From an uncultured Luteolibacter sp. (GTDB taxonomy: Bacteria; Verrucomicrobiota; Verrucomicrobiia; Verrucomicrobiales; Akkermansiaceae): a stretch of 33,539 nucleotides of DNA. Location of the stretch: assembly GCA_964419815.1 (NCBI GenBank), contig CAYQRP010000001.1, positions 7,141 through 40,679 of the forward strand, written 5' to 3'. The notes beneath the pieces are model-generated. The model ran no database searches. It was not told the DNA's origin and saw nothing but the letters and a program-made list of their open reading frames with translations. This document shows positions 1 through 9,359 of this stretch, in pieces (the first letter of the stretch is position 1; each line of letters opens with the position of its first letter). Made by a program: the position numbers and the translations under genes.

Positions 1-1
1 C

Positions 2-811
2 ATGGAAGCGCCCGAGGACGATTTCACCGACATCCTTCGCAAGGCGATGATCGGCCATGGGATATCATCACAAGAGCTCACGCAAAAAACGAAAACGGAT
101 CTTGCGGCATTCGATCGATTTCAAAAGGGGCAGTTCGACAAAACAGTCGCGCGCAATTTTGCCGCTGCACTCGGCCTTGATCCGAACGCATATGCATCGA
201 TCGAATCCTATCGTCCCGATGCCAAGCTTCCGTCAGAAATTCACCGACTTCGACTCCCCTTCGGCAATGCTCATGTCAACGCATGGATGCTCGAGCTGGA
301 AAACCAACTGATTCTTTTCGATGCCGGCTATCAGGCCGAACATCTGCTGGCAGATATCGATCACCGCTTCGGCCGCCTGCCCGATCGGGTCTTTATCACC
401 CACGCCCATCGCGACCACATCGGCGGAGTTGCCTCTCTTCTACAACACGGCATTCCGATCCACGCTCAAGGCATCGGCAATACAACTCCGATGAAACCCG
501 GTGATTCGCTCCGCATCGGCGCGATCACTGTCTCCGCCTGCGATCTAGCAGGTCACGCCATCCCCGCGCTCGGCTATCGCATCGACGGACTGGCGTGTCC
601 CGTGATGATCACCGGCGACGCGCTCTTTGCCGGATCCATCGGCGGTTGCGCGACCCCCGAAGCGTATCGGATGTCGCTAAGAAACATTTGTCGTGCATTT
701 GAAAATCTGCCACCCAGCTGCCTGATTCTGCCAGGTCATGGCCCGGCGAGCACATGGGGTGCAGAATCAAAACACAACCCCTTCGTCGCGAACAAGGGCG
801 CAGCCCTCTAA
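2..811 (+). CDS. MBL-fold metallo-hydrolase (glyoxalase II-like) with N-terminal HTH-like extension
   Basis: THAHRDH (HxHxDH), GHA, GDALF, PGHG and C-terminal E..NPF motifs. An extra ~70-aa helical N-terminus resembles an XRE/Cro HTH. The start is at the window edge. Confidence 0.85.
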   Translation: MEAPEDDFTDILRKAMIGHGISSQELTQKTKTDLAAFDRFQKGQFDKTVARNFAAALGLDPNAYASIESYRPDAKLPSEIHRLRLPFGNAHVNAWMLELENQLILFDAGYQAEHLLADIDHRFGRLPDRVFITHAHRDHIGGVASLLQHGIPIHAQGIGNTTPMKPGDSLRIGAITVSACDLAGHAIPALGYRIDGLACPVMITGDALFAGSIGGCATPEAYRMSLRNICRAFENLPPSCLILPGHGPASTWGAESKHNPFVANKGAAL

Positions 812-813
812 AT

Positions 814-1824
814 TCAAATCTTCACGTCCACCATCGCGCGCTTGCGGCGGAGCTCGATCCATCTTTCGTACTGTGCGGAAGTCTTTTTCTTGCGCACACG
901 CTCTTCAATCATCGGGCGCACTTTTTCCAGCGGTGGTGGCGGACCCAGCGAGATCTTGAGGGGCTTAACGATCGTAAAACCCTGTGGATCCATCAGAGGG
1001 CCGACGACACTGTCGACCTTGGAATCAAAAATGATCGCCGCAAATTCGGCTGAGAGATCGGTGCGCGGGACATCTTCCTGAAGGCCACCGTTTTCCGCAT
1101 AAGCATCCTTTGAGTGCTGTTTTGCCAGTTCCGCGATGTCCTTGCCGTCGGCAATCTGCTTGGCCAAATCTTCAGCCAACTCCAACTGCGCCTCGGGCGT
1201 CGAGGTAGGATCGTTGGCTGGAATGAAAATTTTTCGGAAACTGATCGTGTCCTTGCTGAAATCCCGCAGCGTCGGCTTCACCTCCTCATACTCGTTGCGA
1301 ATCTCATTCGGCAAAGGCGGCGGTGCGTCGGAAAATTGCTGGGCACGCATTGCTTGCACGACCATCTTCTCGCGCGTCATTTCGCGATAACCCTCCATCG
1401 TCAGGCGGCTGCGCTTGAGCTCTTCGCGGAATTTGACTTCGTCGCCATTGAACAACTCGCGCATCTGGCGCTTGACCTCCTCATCGACGAGATAGGGTTT
1501 GATCGATGCGCCGAGCTGTTTGAATTCGTCGAGAATGATCTGACGATCGATCAGTTCTTGCATCACGCCGGCTCGCGCTTTTTTGAACTGCTCATCAAAC
1601 TCCGTACCACGGCGCGGGTATTGCGCACTGAGTTGCGCGTACACGGGTGCGAGCATGAAGGACACCTGGTTCTTCGTGATCACGCGGCCGTTGACCTTTG
1701 CCGCGATGCCGTTGACCTCGATCGGCCCACCGGATGGAGCTGCGGTGGAAATTTGCGCTGATGCCGCTGCCGCAATGAAGATGCTCGTGGCGATGAAAAG
1801 ACTGGTGGTGAATCCTAGTTTCAT
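814..1824 (-). CDS. SurA/PrsA-like parvulin peptidyl-prolyl isomerase / periplasmic chaperone
   Basis: Signal peptide MKLGFTTSLFIATSIFIAAAASA. SurA-N-like IAAKVNGRVIT...ELIDRQII. Parvulin-like AELAKQHSKD..AENGG..., GPL.DPQGF. Start moved from 1881 to ATG 1824. Confidence 0.85.
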   Translation of the reverse strand: MKLGFTTSLFIATSIFIAAAASAQISTAAPSGGPIEVNGIAAKVNGRVITKNQVSFMLAPVYAQLSAQYPRRGTEFDEQFKKARAGVMQELIDRQIILDEFKQLGASIKPYLVDEEVKRQMRELFNGDEVKFREELKRSRLTMEGYREMTREKMVVQAMRAQQFSDAPPPLPNEIRNEYEEVKPTLRDFSKDTISFRKIFIPANDPTSTPEAQLELAEDLAKQIADGKDIAELAKQHSKDAYAENGGLQEDVPRTDLSAEFAAIIFDSKVDSVVGPLMDPQGFTIVKPLKISLGPPPPLEKVRPMIEERVRKKKTSAQYERWIELRRKRAMVDVKI

Positions 1825-2001
1825 ATGTCGATCGGACAGCGGGCTTGTGGCACGCCCATCCATGATGCCCGAATCATCCACTCGACCTCATGGGATGGCA
1901 AGCCACTAAAAATGGCCCGATGCCGCGATTCGAAGACGGAGCAAAATATGCAAGATGCCGCTGGCGAAAAGAATCAAGGCCTGATAGGGTGCGCCCATTC
2001 G

Positions 2002-3261
2002 ATGGAAACCGACGGAAACCGCAAAGCTTGGAAAATCGAACCCGTTTTGGGCGGGCTGACCCTTCTGCTGCTGCTCGCAGGCTGCCTCTATGTGCTCAAG
2101 CCCTTCTTTTCCGCGATCCTGTGGGCGATCATTCTGACCTTTTCACTGCACCCGCTTCAGAAAATTTTCACCCGCTGGTTTCGCGGCTCCAAAACCCTCG
2201 CCGCCTGCCTTGTCACCCTGATGGTTCTTTTCGTGGTGGCCGGACCATTCGTGGTTGTCGGCATCAGCATCGCCAAGGACGGCAAGGAACTCGCCATCGC
2301 CACCAAGGATTGGTTCCTCTCCATTCCCGACACTCCGCCCGCATGGATCAGCAAAACTCCGATCATCGGCGAAGAACTCGGCAACTACTGGACCGACATC
2401 GCCACCGATCGCAAACGGTGGTTCGAACAACTCGACAAGGAGGTGGAATACCCGTCAAAGAATCAAGATGGCGACGAGACCATCCGCGTCGCTCCTCACA
2501 CGGACCTACTGCCGGGCTTCAATGAGCAAAGCATACCCCGATTGGAAGACGACACTGCGGCCAAAACCAATGTCGAATCGTCGCCCATCATCGCCATGCT
2601 CGGGCGATTCCTGCTGTGGGCCCGCACCGGTCTCATCGCGGTCGGCCTCACCGTCGGTCAGGGAGTCACGCAAATTCTCATCAGCACATTCCTCGCCTTC
2701 TTCCTGCTGCGCGATTCGCCACAACTTGCCGGCAGGCTCAATGTGATCGTCGAGCGCCTCGCCGGTGATCGCGGCCGCCGCCTCATCAAGGTCGCGGGAG
2801 ATACGGTCAGCGGCGTCATCTACGGCATCCTCGGCACGGCCATCGCTCAAGCGATCGTCGCCGGAATCGGCTTCACGATCGCAGGCATTCCGGGCGCGGT
2901 GTTGCTCTCGGTGCTAACCTTCTTTTTTGCCGTCGTTCCCTTCGGCCCTCCGCTGATCTGGCTGCCCGCCACCATCTGGCTCTTTGCCCATGAAAAACAC
3001 GGCCTCGCGCTCTTCATGCTGCTCTGGGGCATCTTCCTCATCAGCAGCGTCGACAACCTGCTGCGCCCCTATCTGATCAGCCAAGGAAGCAAAATGCCAT
3101 TTGCCCTCATCTTCTGCGGCGTGATCGGCGGTGCCCTCGCCTTCGGCCTAGTCGGCGTCTTCCTCGGCCCCACACTCCTCGCCGTGGCCTTCCGACTGAT
3201 CGAAGAATGGTCTTTGGAAAAAACCGCAACGCCCACCGCGCCTCAGGCAGAAAACATTTAG
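2002..3261 (+). CDS. AI-2E family transporter
   Basis: Multiple TM helices, VVPFGPPLIW, SSVDNLLRPYLIS, GGALAFGLVGVFLGP. Likely start ATG 2002, just before the first TM helix. Confidence 0.9.
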   Translation: METDGNRKAWKIEPVLGGLTLLLLLAGCLYVLKPFFSAILWAIILTFSLHPLQKIFTRWFRGSKTLAACLVTLMVLFVVAGPFVVVGISIAKDGKELAIATKDWFLSIPDTPPAWISKTPIIGEELGNYWTDIATDRKRWFEQLDKEVEYPSKNQDGDETIRVAPHTDLLPGFNEQSIPRLEDDTAAKTNVESSPIIAMLGRFLLWARTGLIAVGLTVGQGVTQILISTFLAFFLLRDSPQLAGRLNVIVERLAGDRGRRLIKVAGDTVSGVIYGILGTAIAQAIVAGIGFTIAGIPGAVLLSVLTFFFAVVPFGPPLIWLPATIWLFAHEKHGLALFMLLWGIFLISSVDNLLRPYLISQGSKMPFALIFCGVIGGALAFGLVGVFLGPTLLAVAFRLIEEWSLEKTATPTAPQAENI

Positions 3262-3278
3262 GCATTGCACCGCACGCG

Positions 3279-4439
3279 ATGTCGGTCATAACCCCGCGCG
3301 TGGCATTGAGTCCATCCAAGCTGGGAGCCGTTCTCGAGGCCTTCGAAAACAACTTTCACGCGCACGGCGAGATCGGCGCGTCGATCAGCATCTGGTGGCG
3401 TGGAACCGAACTGCTCAGCCACGCATCCGGTTGGTGCGAAAAGGAAAAAGTTCGCCCATGGACCTCCCGCACGCTGATCCCGGTCTACTCCGCGACCAAG
3501 GTTCCTTCAGCCGCCACCTTACTGCTCGCCCTCGCCCATCACGGCATGGACGAGACCACGCCCGTGCGCGAGGTATGGAAAAATTTTCCGGTCGCCGAAG
3601 CAAATTTCTCCCACCTTCTTTCCCACCAATGCGGCCTCGCGATTCTCGATCAAGATGCCGATGTGCATGACCACGATGCGGTAGTTGCCGCGATCGAAAA
3701 TCAAATTCCCGCATGGCCGCTTGGCAGTGGTCACGCCTACCACCCGCGCAGCTTCGGCGCGCTCATCGACGAACCCGTGCGCCGACTCACCGGCCAATCC
3801 CTCGGTCAATACTGGCGCGAAAACATCGCCGCACCCCTCGACCTCGAATTTTGGATCGGCCTTCCAGACAGTGAACATCATCGCGTCGCCCGACTCTACC
3901 CCGGCAAGGCGGGCCACGCGGAAATCAGCGATCCATTTTACCAACAACTCAACTCGCCCGACTCACCAACCCGCCGCGCCTTCACTTCACCACGCGGGCT
4001 TCATTCGATTCAGGAAATGAATTCGCCCAGCGCCTGGTCGGCTGGTTTTCCCGCGCTCGGCGGCATTGGCACGGCATCGGCCCTGGCAAAATTTTATCAG
4101 GCCATCCTCGGTCACATCGATAGCCCGCTGACCCCATCCATCCGCCGAGCGCTTGCGACGCCCCAAACCTCCGGCTACGACCTTGTGCTGCTTCGCCCCA
4201 CCACCTTTTCCTGCGGCGCGCAACTCGACCCACTGGATGCGAATGGGAAAAAAATCCGCCAAATTTTCGGCCCCTCACCCCATGCCTTCGGTCACCCCGG
4301 CGCTGGCGGAAGTCACGCGCTCGCCGACCCGGATTCCGGCCTTTCCTTTGCCTATGTCATGAACCAAATGAACCTCGGCGTCATGCCGGGCCCGAAATGC
4401 ATGAGATTGATCGAGGCGCTTTTCAGCGACAATGACTGA
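3279..4439 (+). CDS. Serine hydrolase, beta-lactamase class C / EstA-like esterase family
   Basis: SxxK (YSATK), LLSHQCGL, HAYH, FGHPGAGGS. No signal peptide. Start is ATG 3279 or in-frame GTG 3300. Confidence 0.85.
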   Translation: MSVITPRVALSPSKLGAVLEAFENNFHAHGEIGASISIWWRGTELLSHASGWCEKEKVRPWTSRTLIPVYSATKVPSAATLLLALAHHGMDETTPVREVWKNFPVAEANFSHLLSHQCGLAILDQDADVHDHDAVVAAIENQIPAWPLGSGHAYHPRSFGALIDEPVRRLTGQSLGQYWRENIAAPLDLEFWIGLPDSEHHRVARLYPGKAGHAEISDPFYQQLNSPDSPTRRAFTSPRGLHSIQEMNSPSAWSAGFPALGGIGTASALAKFYQAILGHIDSPLTPSIRRALATPQTSGYDLVLLRPTTFSCGAQLDPLDANGKKIRQIFGPSPHAFGHPGAGGSHALADPDSGLSFAYVMNQMNLGVMPGPKCMRLIEALFSDND

Positions 4440-4495
4440 TCCCGTGACGCATGCCGCTTGACCGCATCAAGCGGCGGATTCCATGCTCACCGCCG

Positions 4496-5461
4496 ATGCG
4501 AATCCTCACCGGCCTCCAACCCAGCGGCAAACTTCATGTCGGAAACTATTTCGGCGCCATGGAGCCGGCCGTGCGCCTGCAGGATCAGGGCGAAGCATTT
4601 TATTTCATCGCTGATTACCATGCGATGACTTCTTCGCACAACGCGGCGGACCTGCGCGAGAATGTCCGCGAACTCGCCATCGACTTCCTCGCCTGCGGTC
4701 TCGATCCGGCCAAAGCGGTCTTTTTCCGCCAAAGCGCCGTGCCGGAGGTCAACGAACTCGCATGGATCCTCTCGACGATTTGTCCGATGAGCCTGCTGGC
4801 AAAATGCCATTCGTACAAAGACAAGACCTCGCAAGGCATCGCCGCGAACCACGCGCTTTTCGCCTATCCGGTCCTCATGGCTGCCGACATCCTGCTCTAC
4901 GATTCGAATCAGGTCCCCGTCGGCAAGGATCAGAAACAACACCTCGAAGTCACACGCGATCTCGCGGTGAAACTCAACGACACCTACGGTGAAGGAACGG
5001 TCGTCATCCCCGAGCCGATCATTCGTGAGGAAACTGCGATCGTCATCGGCCTCGACGGACGCAAAATGAGCAAGAGCTATCACAACACTCTGCCGCTATT
5101 CGGAGAGGAAAAAACCCTCCGCAAGCTCATCATGAAAATCACCACCGACTCAACCCCGGTGGAGGCACCCAAACCGATCGAAAATTCGATCATTCTCGCG
5201 CTGTACCGACTCTTTGCCAGCGAGGCGGATTACGCGAACATGTTAGCCGACCACCAAAACGGCGGCGTCGGGTACGGCGACCTCAAGAAACGCCTCGCCG
5301 ATGCTTACTGGGAATTTTTTGCGCCGATGCGCGAAAGGCGACTGGCGATTTCGCAAGACCCGGGTCATGTTGAAAAAATCCTCGCCGAGGGTGCCGATCG
5401 TGCGCGCGCCGAGGCCAGCAAAGTCCTGCAACGCGTGCGTCGCGCGGTGGGCCTTGCATGA
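4496..5461 (+). CDS. trpS: Tryptophan--tRNA ligase
   Basis: LTGLQPSGKLHVGNY (HIGH), YPVLMAADIL, VPVGKDQKQH, KMSKS. Confidence 0.97.
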   Translation: MRILTGLQPSGKLHVGNYFGAMEPAVRLQDQGEAFYFIADYHAMTSSHNAADLRENVRELAIDFLACGLDPAKAVFFRQSAVPEVNELAWILSTICPMSLLAKCHSYKDKTSQGIAANHALFAYPVLMAADILLYDSNQVPVGKDQKQHLEVTRDLAVKLNDTYGEGTVVIPEPIIREETAIVIGLDGRKMSKSYHNTLPLFGEEKTLRKLIMKITTDSTPVEAPKPIENSIILALYRLFASEADYANMLADHQNGGVGYGDLKKRLADAYWEFFAPMRERRLAISQDPGHVEKILAEGADRARAEASKVLQRVRRAVGLA

Positions 5462-5485
5462 ATCAACGAAGCGAAAAAAATCATC

Positions 5486-6022
5486 ATGAAAAAATCCGTA
5501 CTCTGCCTGCTTGTCGACGGCTTTGAGGAAATTGAAACCGTAACCCCCGTCGATGTTTTGCGCCGCGCCGGCATCAAGGTCACCATCGCCGCGCTCACCA
5601 CCAAAACCGCCACCGGAAAACAAGGCATGCGCCTTGAAGCGGACGCCATGCTCGACGATGTCGATGCCTCGGACTTCGACCTTCTTCTCATTCCCGGCGG
5701 CCCGGGCGTGGCCGCACTTCGCAACGACGGACGCCCCGCGAAACTGGCTGCACAATTTGCTTCGAAGCACAAACCGGTTGCCGCGATCTGCGCCGCTCCG
5801 CTCGTGCTTCTCGACGCCGGCCTGCTCGAAGGAAAAAATTTCACCGCCTACCACTCGGTGCGCGAAGAACTTGGCGGCGGTCTCGACGACCGCGTCGTCG
5901 TCGATGACCAAATCATCACCTCGCGCGGCGCAGGGACCGCACTCGATTTTTCGCTGGCAATCGTCAAGCACCTGCTCGACACCAAAGCAGCGACCGATGT
6001 CGCCGAGGAAATCATGGCCTGA
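5486..6022 (+). CDS. DJ-1/YajL/PfpI family protein
   Basis: GFEEIE, LLIPGG, AAICAAP (nucleophile Cys), ITSRGAGTA. Confidence 0.93.
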   Translation: MKKSVLCLLVDGFEEIETVTPVDVLRRAGIKVTIAALTTKTATGKQGMRLEADAMLDDVDASDFDLLLIPGGPGVAALRNDGRPAKLAAQFASKHKPVAAICAAPLVLLDAGLLEGKNFTAYHSVREELGGGLDDRVVVDDQIITSRGAGTALDFSLAIVKHLLDTKAATDVAEEIMA

Positions 6023-6085
6023 TTTTCCATCGGCAACGAATGCGCGCTTGCGTTCGATCCCTTGCTTGCGAATCTTCGCTGGACC

Positions 6086-6946
6086 GTGCCCGCCGAGACC
6101 CGCAAGCCGTTGTGGCTGCTCCCCAACCTGCTGAGCCTTGATGCCCCGCTTGTCGCCGTCGCATGGCTGTATGTCTTCGCGCAAACCTGGCGGCTCGGCT
6201 ATCTCCCATGGGAATCCTATGCCGTTCTCGGCCTTGCCACATGGGCGGTTTACATCGCCGACCGCTTGCTCGACAGCTCGATCCTCGGTGCCGATTCGCC
6301 GAAGCTTTCCATCCGCCACCGATTTCATCGACAGCACCGAAAATTTTTCACCACCGCGCTGATCATCTCGGTAAGCCTCACCCTCGCACTCGTGATCTCA
6401 CGCATGCCGATGTCGATCTATGCAAAGCTCACGCCCGGAGGACTTTTGGTCGCCGGCTTCTTTGGTCTCTCAATGCTCGCCATCCAGGACGAACAGGAAG
6501 TCCCTCACGCCAAAAACATCATTGCCGGATTCAGCTTTGCCTTTGGCACCGCAATGTTTGCCCAAATCTATCGATCGGGCTTCGACCTCTGGGACATGGT
6601 CGCATCCCGCGAATTTATCAGCTTTGCCACCCTTTGTATCCTGAACATTTCCGCAATCGACATCTGGGAACACGCCAACCGCTCGCCGGATCGGGAAACC
6701 AAAGCCAGCGACGAACTCTCGCTCACGCTTCCCCTCACCATTCTCGCAGCCACCGCCCTTGCCAGTGCGGTCCTCGATCACCATGGCGCCAGCCGCCCGT
6801 TTTTTTACTCCATCCTCACCGGCGCAGCATTGCTCTATATGCTCAACCGCATGCGCTCGAGCCTGTCGATGGACGCGATGCGCGTGCTGGCGGATGTTGC
6901 CATGCTGGCACCCGTCCTGCTATTCATCGCTTTCGACCGACGCTGA
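6086..6946 (+). CDS. Polytopic membrane protein, possibly a divergent UbiA-superfamily member
   Basis: About 8-9 hydrophobic segments and acidic loop motifs YIADRLLD and AIDIWE. Start is GTG 6086 or TTG 6062. The family assignment is tentative. Confidence 0.6.
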   Translation: MPAETRKPLWLLPNLLSLDAPLVAVAWLYVFAQTWRLGYLPWESYAVLGLATWAVYIADRLLDSSILGADSPKLSIRHRFHRQHRKFFTTALIISVSLTLALVISRMPMSIYAKLTPGGLLVAGFFGLSMLAIQDEQEVPHAKNIIAGFSFAFGTAMFAQIYRSGFDLWDMVASREFISFATLCILNISAIDIWEHANRSPDRETKASDELSLTLPLTILAATALASAVLDHHGASRPFFYSILTGAALLYMLNRMRSSLSMDAMRVLADVAMLAPVLLFIAFDRR

Positions 6947-6999
6947 TTCACACTTGTCGCCCGACACCCGCATCTTAAGATCCGCTTTTCCCAAAACAT

Positions 7000-7635
7000 A
7001 TGAGTCGCTCCGACCAAATCACCCGCAGACCCGCCATCATCATCCTCGGTGCCCCAGGCTCCGGCAAAGGCACCCAAGGAAAAATTCTCGGCGCCATTCC
7101 CCGCTTTTTTCATTTCGCCTGCGGTGATGTCTTCCGCTCGCTCGACACCCGCACGCCTCTCGGCATGAAGTTTGTGGAATACTCGAGTCGCGGCGAACTG
7201 GTTCCCGACGAATTGACCATCAGCCTTTGGAAAGCCCAGATCGACAATCTCGCCGACACCTACATCTACAAGCCCGACATCGACCTGCTCGTGCTCGACG
7301 GCATCCCTCGCAATGTGCGTCAGGCGGAACTCCTCGGCCAGCACATCGAGGTCCAGCGCGTTTTTCATCTCTCATGCCCGAATCGCGACGAACTCGCGCA
7401 CCGCATGCGCAAGCGGGCCCTCAAGGACAACCGCATGGACGACGCCAGCGACGCAGTAATCAACCAGCGCATCGCAACTTACGAGGCGGAAACAAAACCG
7501 ATTTTGGAATACTATTCCTCATCGATGATCACCGACATCGATGCCTCCCAGCAGCCGGTCATGGTGCTTTCGAAAATTATCCAGCAAATCACCAAACTCC
7601 CGTTCTATCAGGAGACCGCCATGCAGGTGAATTGA
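7000..7635 (+). CDS. adk: Adenylate kinase family (short LID)
   Basis: P-loop GAPGSGKGTQ, CGDVFR, GELVPDE, LDGIPRN..QA, RMDD. Confidence 0.88.
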   Translation: MSRSDQITRRPAIIILGAPGSGKGTQGKILGAIPRFFHFACGDVFRSLDTRTPLGMKFVEYSSRGELVPDELTISLWKAQIDNLADTYIYKPDIDLLVLDGIPRNVRQAELLGQHIEVQRVFHLSCPNRDELAHRMRKRALKDNRMDDASDAVINQRIATYEAETKPILEYYSSSMITDIDASQQPVMVLSKIIQQITKLPFYQETAMQVN

Positions 7636-7651
7636 TTTTGATCGTGCCGAA

Positions 7652-8572
7652 ATGAGGTTGGTTTTCATCGCCACCGGAGACATCGCGCTGCCTGCATTTC
7701 GTCACCTGATCGATGCCGGGCCAGTTCCGCTTGCGCTTGTGACACAGCCCGACAAGCCGGTCGGCAGGCACCAGCACATGCAAGCACCCGCGATCAAAAG
7801 CGTCGCCATGGATGCCGGCATCCCCGTGCTGCAACCGCTAAAGATCGGCGATGCTGCAGCACAAATCGCCGCGATGAATCCCGATGTGCTCGTGGTGATG
7901 GCCTACGGACAAATCCTCAAAAACGACATTCTCAGCCTGCCAAAACTTGCCATCATCAACCTCCACGCATCGCTCCTGCCGAAGTATCGCGGCGCGGCAT
8001 GCATCCAGGCCGCCATCGATGCCGGCGACCTCGAAACGGGCATCACATCGATGCATGTCGTACGCGAACTCGACGCAGGTGACATGATCGTGGCCAAATC
8101 CATTCCGATCAGACCCGAAGAGACTGGCGGCAGTCTTCATGACCGACTCGCGCAACTCGCGATACCGGTCCTCGATGAAACACTCACGAAGCTGACCGAT
8201 GGCACGGCAACACGCATAACGCAAAAGCCTGAACTGGTCAGTCATGTGCCAAAGCTCGGACGTGAGGACGGCAAACTCGATTGGTCGATGCCCGCCATCG
8301 ATCTTGAGCGCCGCATCCGTGCCTACGATCCATGGCCCGGCACCTATACAACGGTCGTCGAAAACGGATCCGTTAAACGCCTCAAAATTTTTCCGCCCAC
8401 CCGCATTTCGAGCATGCCTCTCGAACCCGCGATGCTTGTTTGCAATGACGGAAAGCTCATCGTCGGCTGCGGCGGCGGATCATTGGAGTTGACCGCAGTT
8501 CAACCCGAGGGCGGCAAGCGCATGTCGGTCACCGAATACCTTCGGGGCAAAAAACCCGATCGTTTCGCATGA
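7652..8572 (+). CDS. fmt: Methionyl-tRNA formyltransferase
   Basis: VTQPDKPVGR, VVMAYGQIL, NLHASLLPKYRGAA, LDAGD, RAYDPWP. Confidence 0.96.
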   Translation: MRLVFIATGDIALPAFRHLIDAGPVPLALVTQPDKPVGRHQHMQAPAIKSVAMDAGIPVLQPLKIGDAAAQIAAMNPDVLVVMAYGQILKNDILSLPKLAIINLHASLLPKYRGAACIQAAIDAGDLETGITSMHVVRELDAGDMIVAKSIPIRPEETGGSLHDRLAQLAIPVLDETLTKLTDGTATRITQKPELVSHVPKLGREDGKLDWSMPAIDLERRIRAYDPWPGTYTTVVENGSVKRLKIFPPTRISSMPLEPAMLVCNDGKLIVGCGGGSLELTAVQPEGGKRMSVTEYLRGKKPDRFA

Positions 8573-8582
8573 ACCATGCGGG

Positions 8583-8611
8583 TTGCGAAAATGCGGCGCA
8601 GCATCTAAGGT
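8583..8611 (+). promoter_or_regulatory. Putative sigma70-type promoter of the protease pair
   Basis: TTGCGA-17 nt-TAAGGT, ending 10 nt upstream of ATG 8622. Confidence 0.5.
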
Positions 8612-8621
8612 GCGGCAAACG

Positions 8622-9359
8622 ATGATCCGCCACCTTGCATGCCTCGCCCTCGCGCAGGCGCTTTGCTTCAGCGCAGCCATGGCGGATCGCGCACCCGTGA
8701 ACGACAAACCCGTGCCCGAAAATCGTGAGGATCTGCTTGCGATCCAAAACGCCGTCACCGATTCGCTAGCCCAAGCCAGCGCCGCCACGGTCGCCATCGA
8801 AATCGCCGAAGGTTCAGGAACCGGCGTGATTGTCTCGCCCGACGGACTCATCCTCACCGCCGCTCATGTCAGCGGAGCTCCCGGAAAAAATGTCGGAGTC
8901 ATCCTGCAGGACGGCAAACGCGTGAACGCGGTCACGCTCGGCCTCGATTCGGAGTCCGATGCGGCCATGGTGCGCATCACCGATCCTGGCACATGGCCAT
9001 TTGTCGAAATCGAAAAATCGCAATCATGCCAACTCGGTGACTGGGTCTTTGCACTGGGTCACTCGGGTGGCTTCGACAAGGAACGCGGACTCGTCCTGCG
9101 TCCAGGCCGCATCGTGCGCATTGCCGATCGATCACTTCAGTCCGACTGCGTGCTAATCGGCGGCGATTCGGGCGGACCGCTCTTCGATCTCAAGGGCCGC
9201 CTCATCGCGATCCATTCACGAGTCGGCCATGAACTCGTGGTCAATATGCACGTCGGCATCAAGGTCTTTCAGGAAAACTGGGGCGCTCTTCTGAATTCCG
9301 AATTTCTCGGTGACGGCCCCTTCGCCAAGAAACCCTCTGCCGCGACAGAAACCCCATGA
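8622..9359 (+). CDS. Secreted trypsin-like S1C serine protease, no PDZ domain
   Basis: Signal peptide MIRHLACLALAQALCFSAAMA. Intact triad LTAAHV / SDAAM / GGDSGGP. Confidence 0.9.
   Translation: MIRHLACLALAQALCFSAAMADRAPVNDKPVPENREDLLAIQNAVTDSLAQASAATVAIEIAEGSGTGVIVSPDGLILTAAHVSGAPGKNVGVILQDGKRVNAVTLGLDSESDAAMVRITDPGTWPFVEIEKSQSCQLGDWVFALGHSGGFDKERGLVLRPGRIVRIADRSLQSDCVLIGGDSGGPLFDLKGRLIAIHSRVGHELVVNMHVGIKVFQENWGALLNSEFLGDGPFAKKPSAATETP

Noticed and set aside
3279-4439. Possible beta-lactam resistance gene
   Set aside because: No signal peptide, and the motifs fit cytoplasmic EstA-like esterases better.
5243-6337. 364-aa minus-strand ORF and similar long overlapping ORFs (19397-20425, 27923-28873, 22433-23224)
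   Set aside because: They overlap well-supported genes in alternative or antisense frames and lack domain signal.
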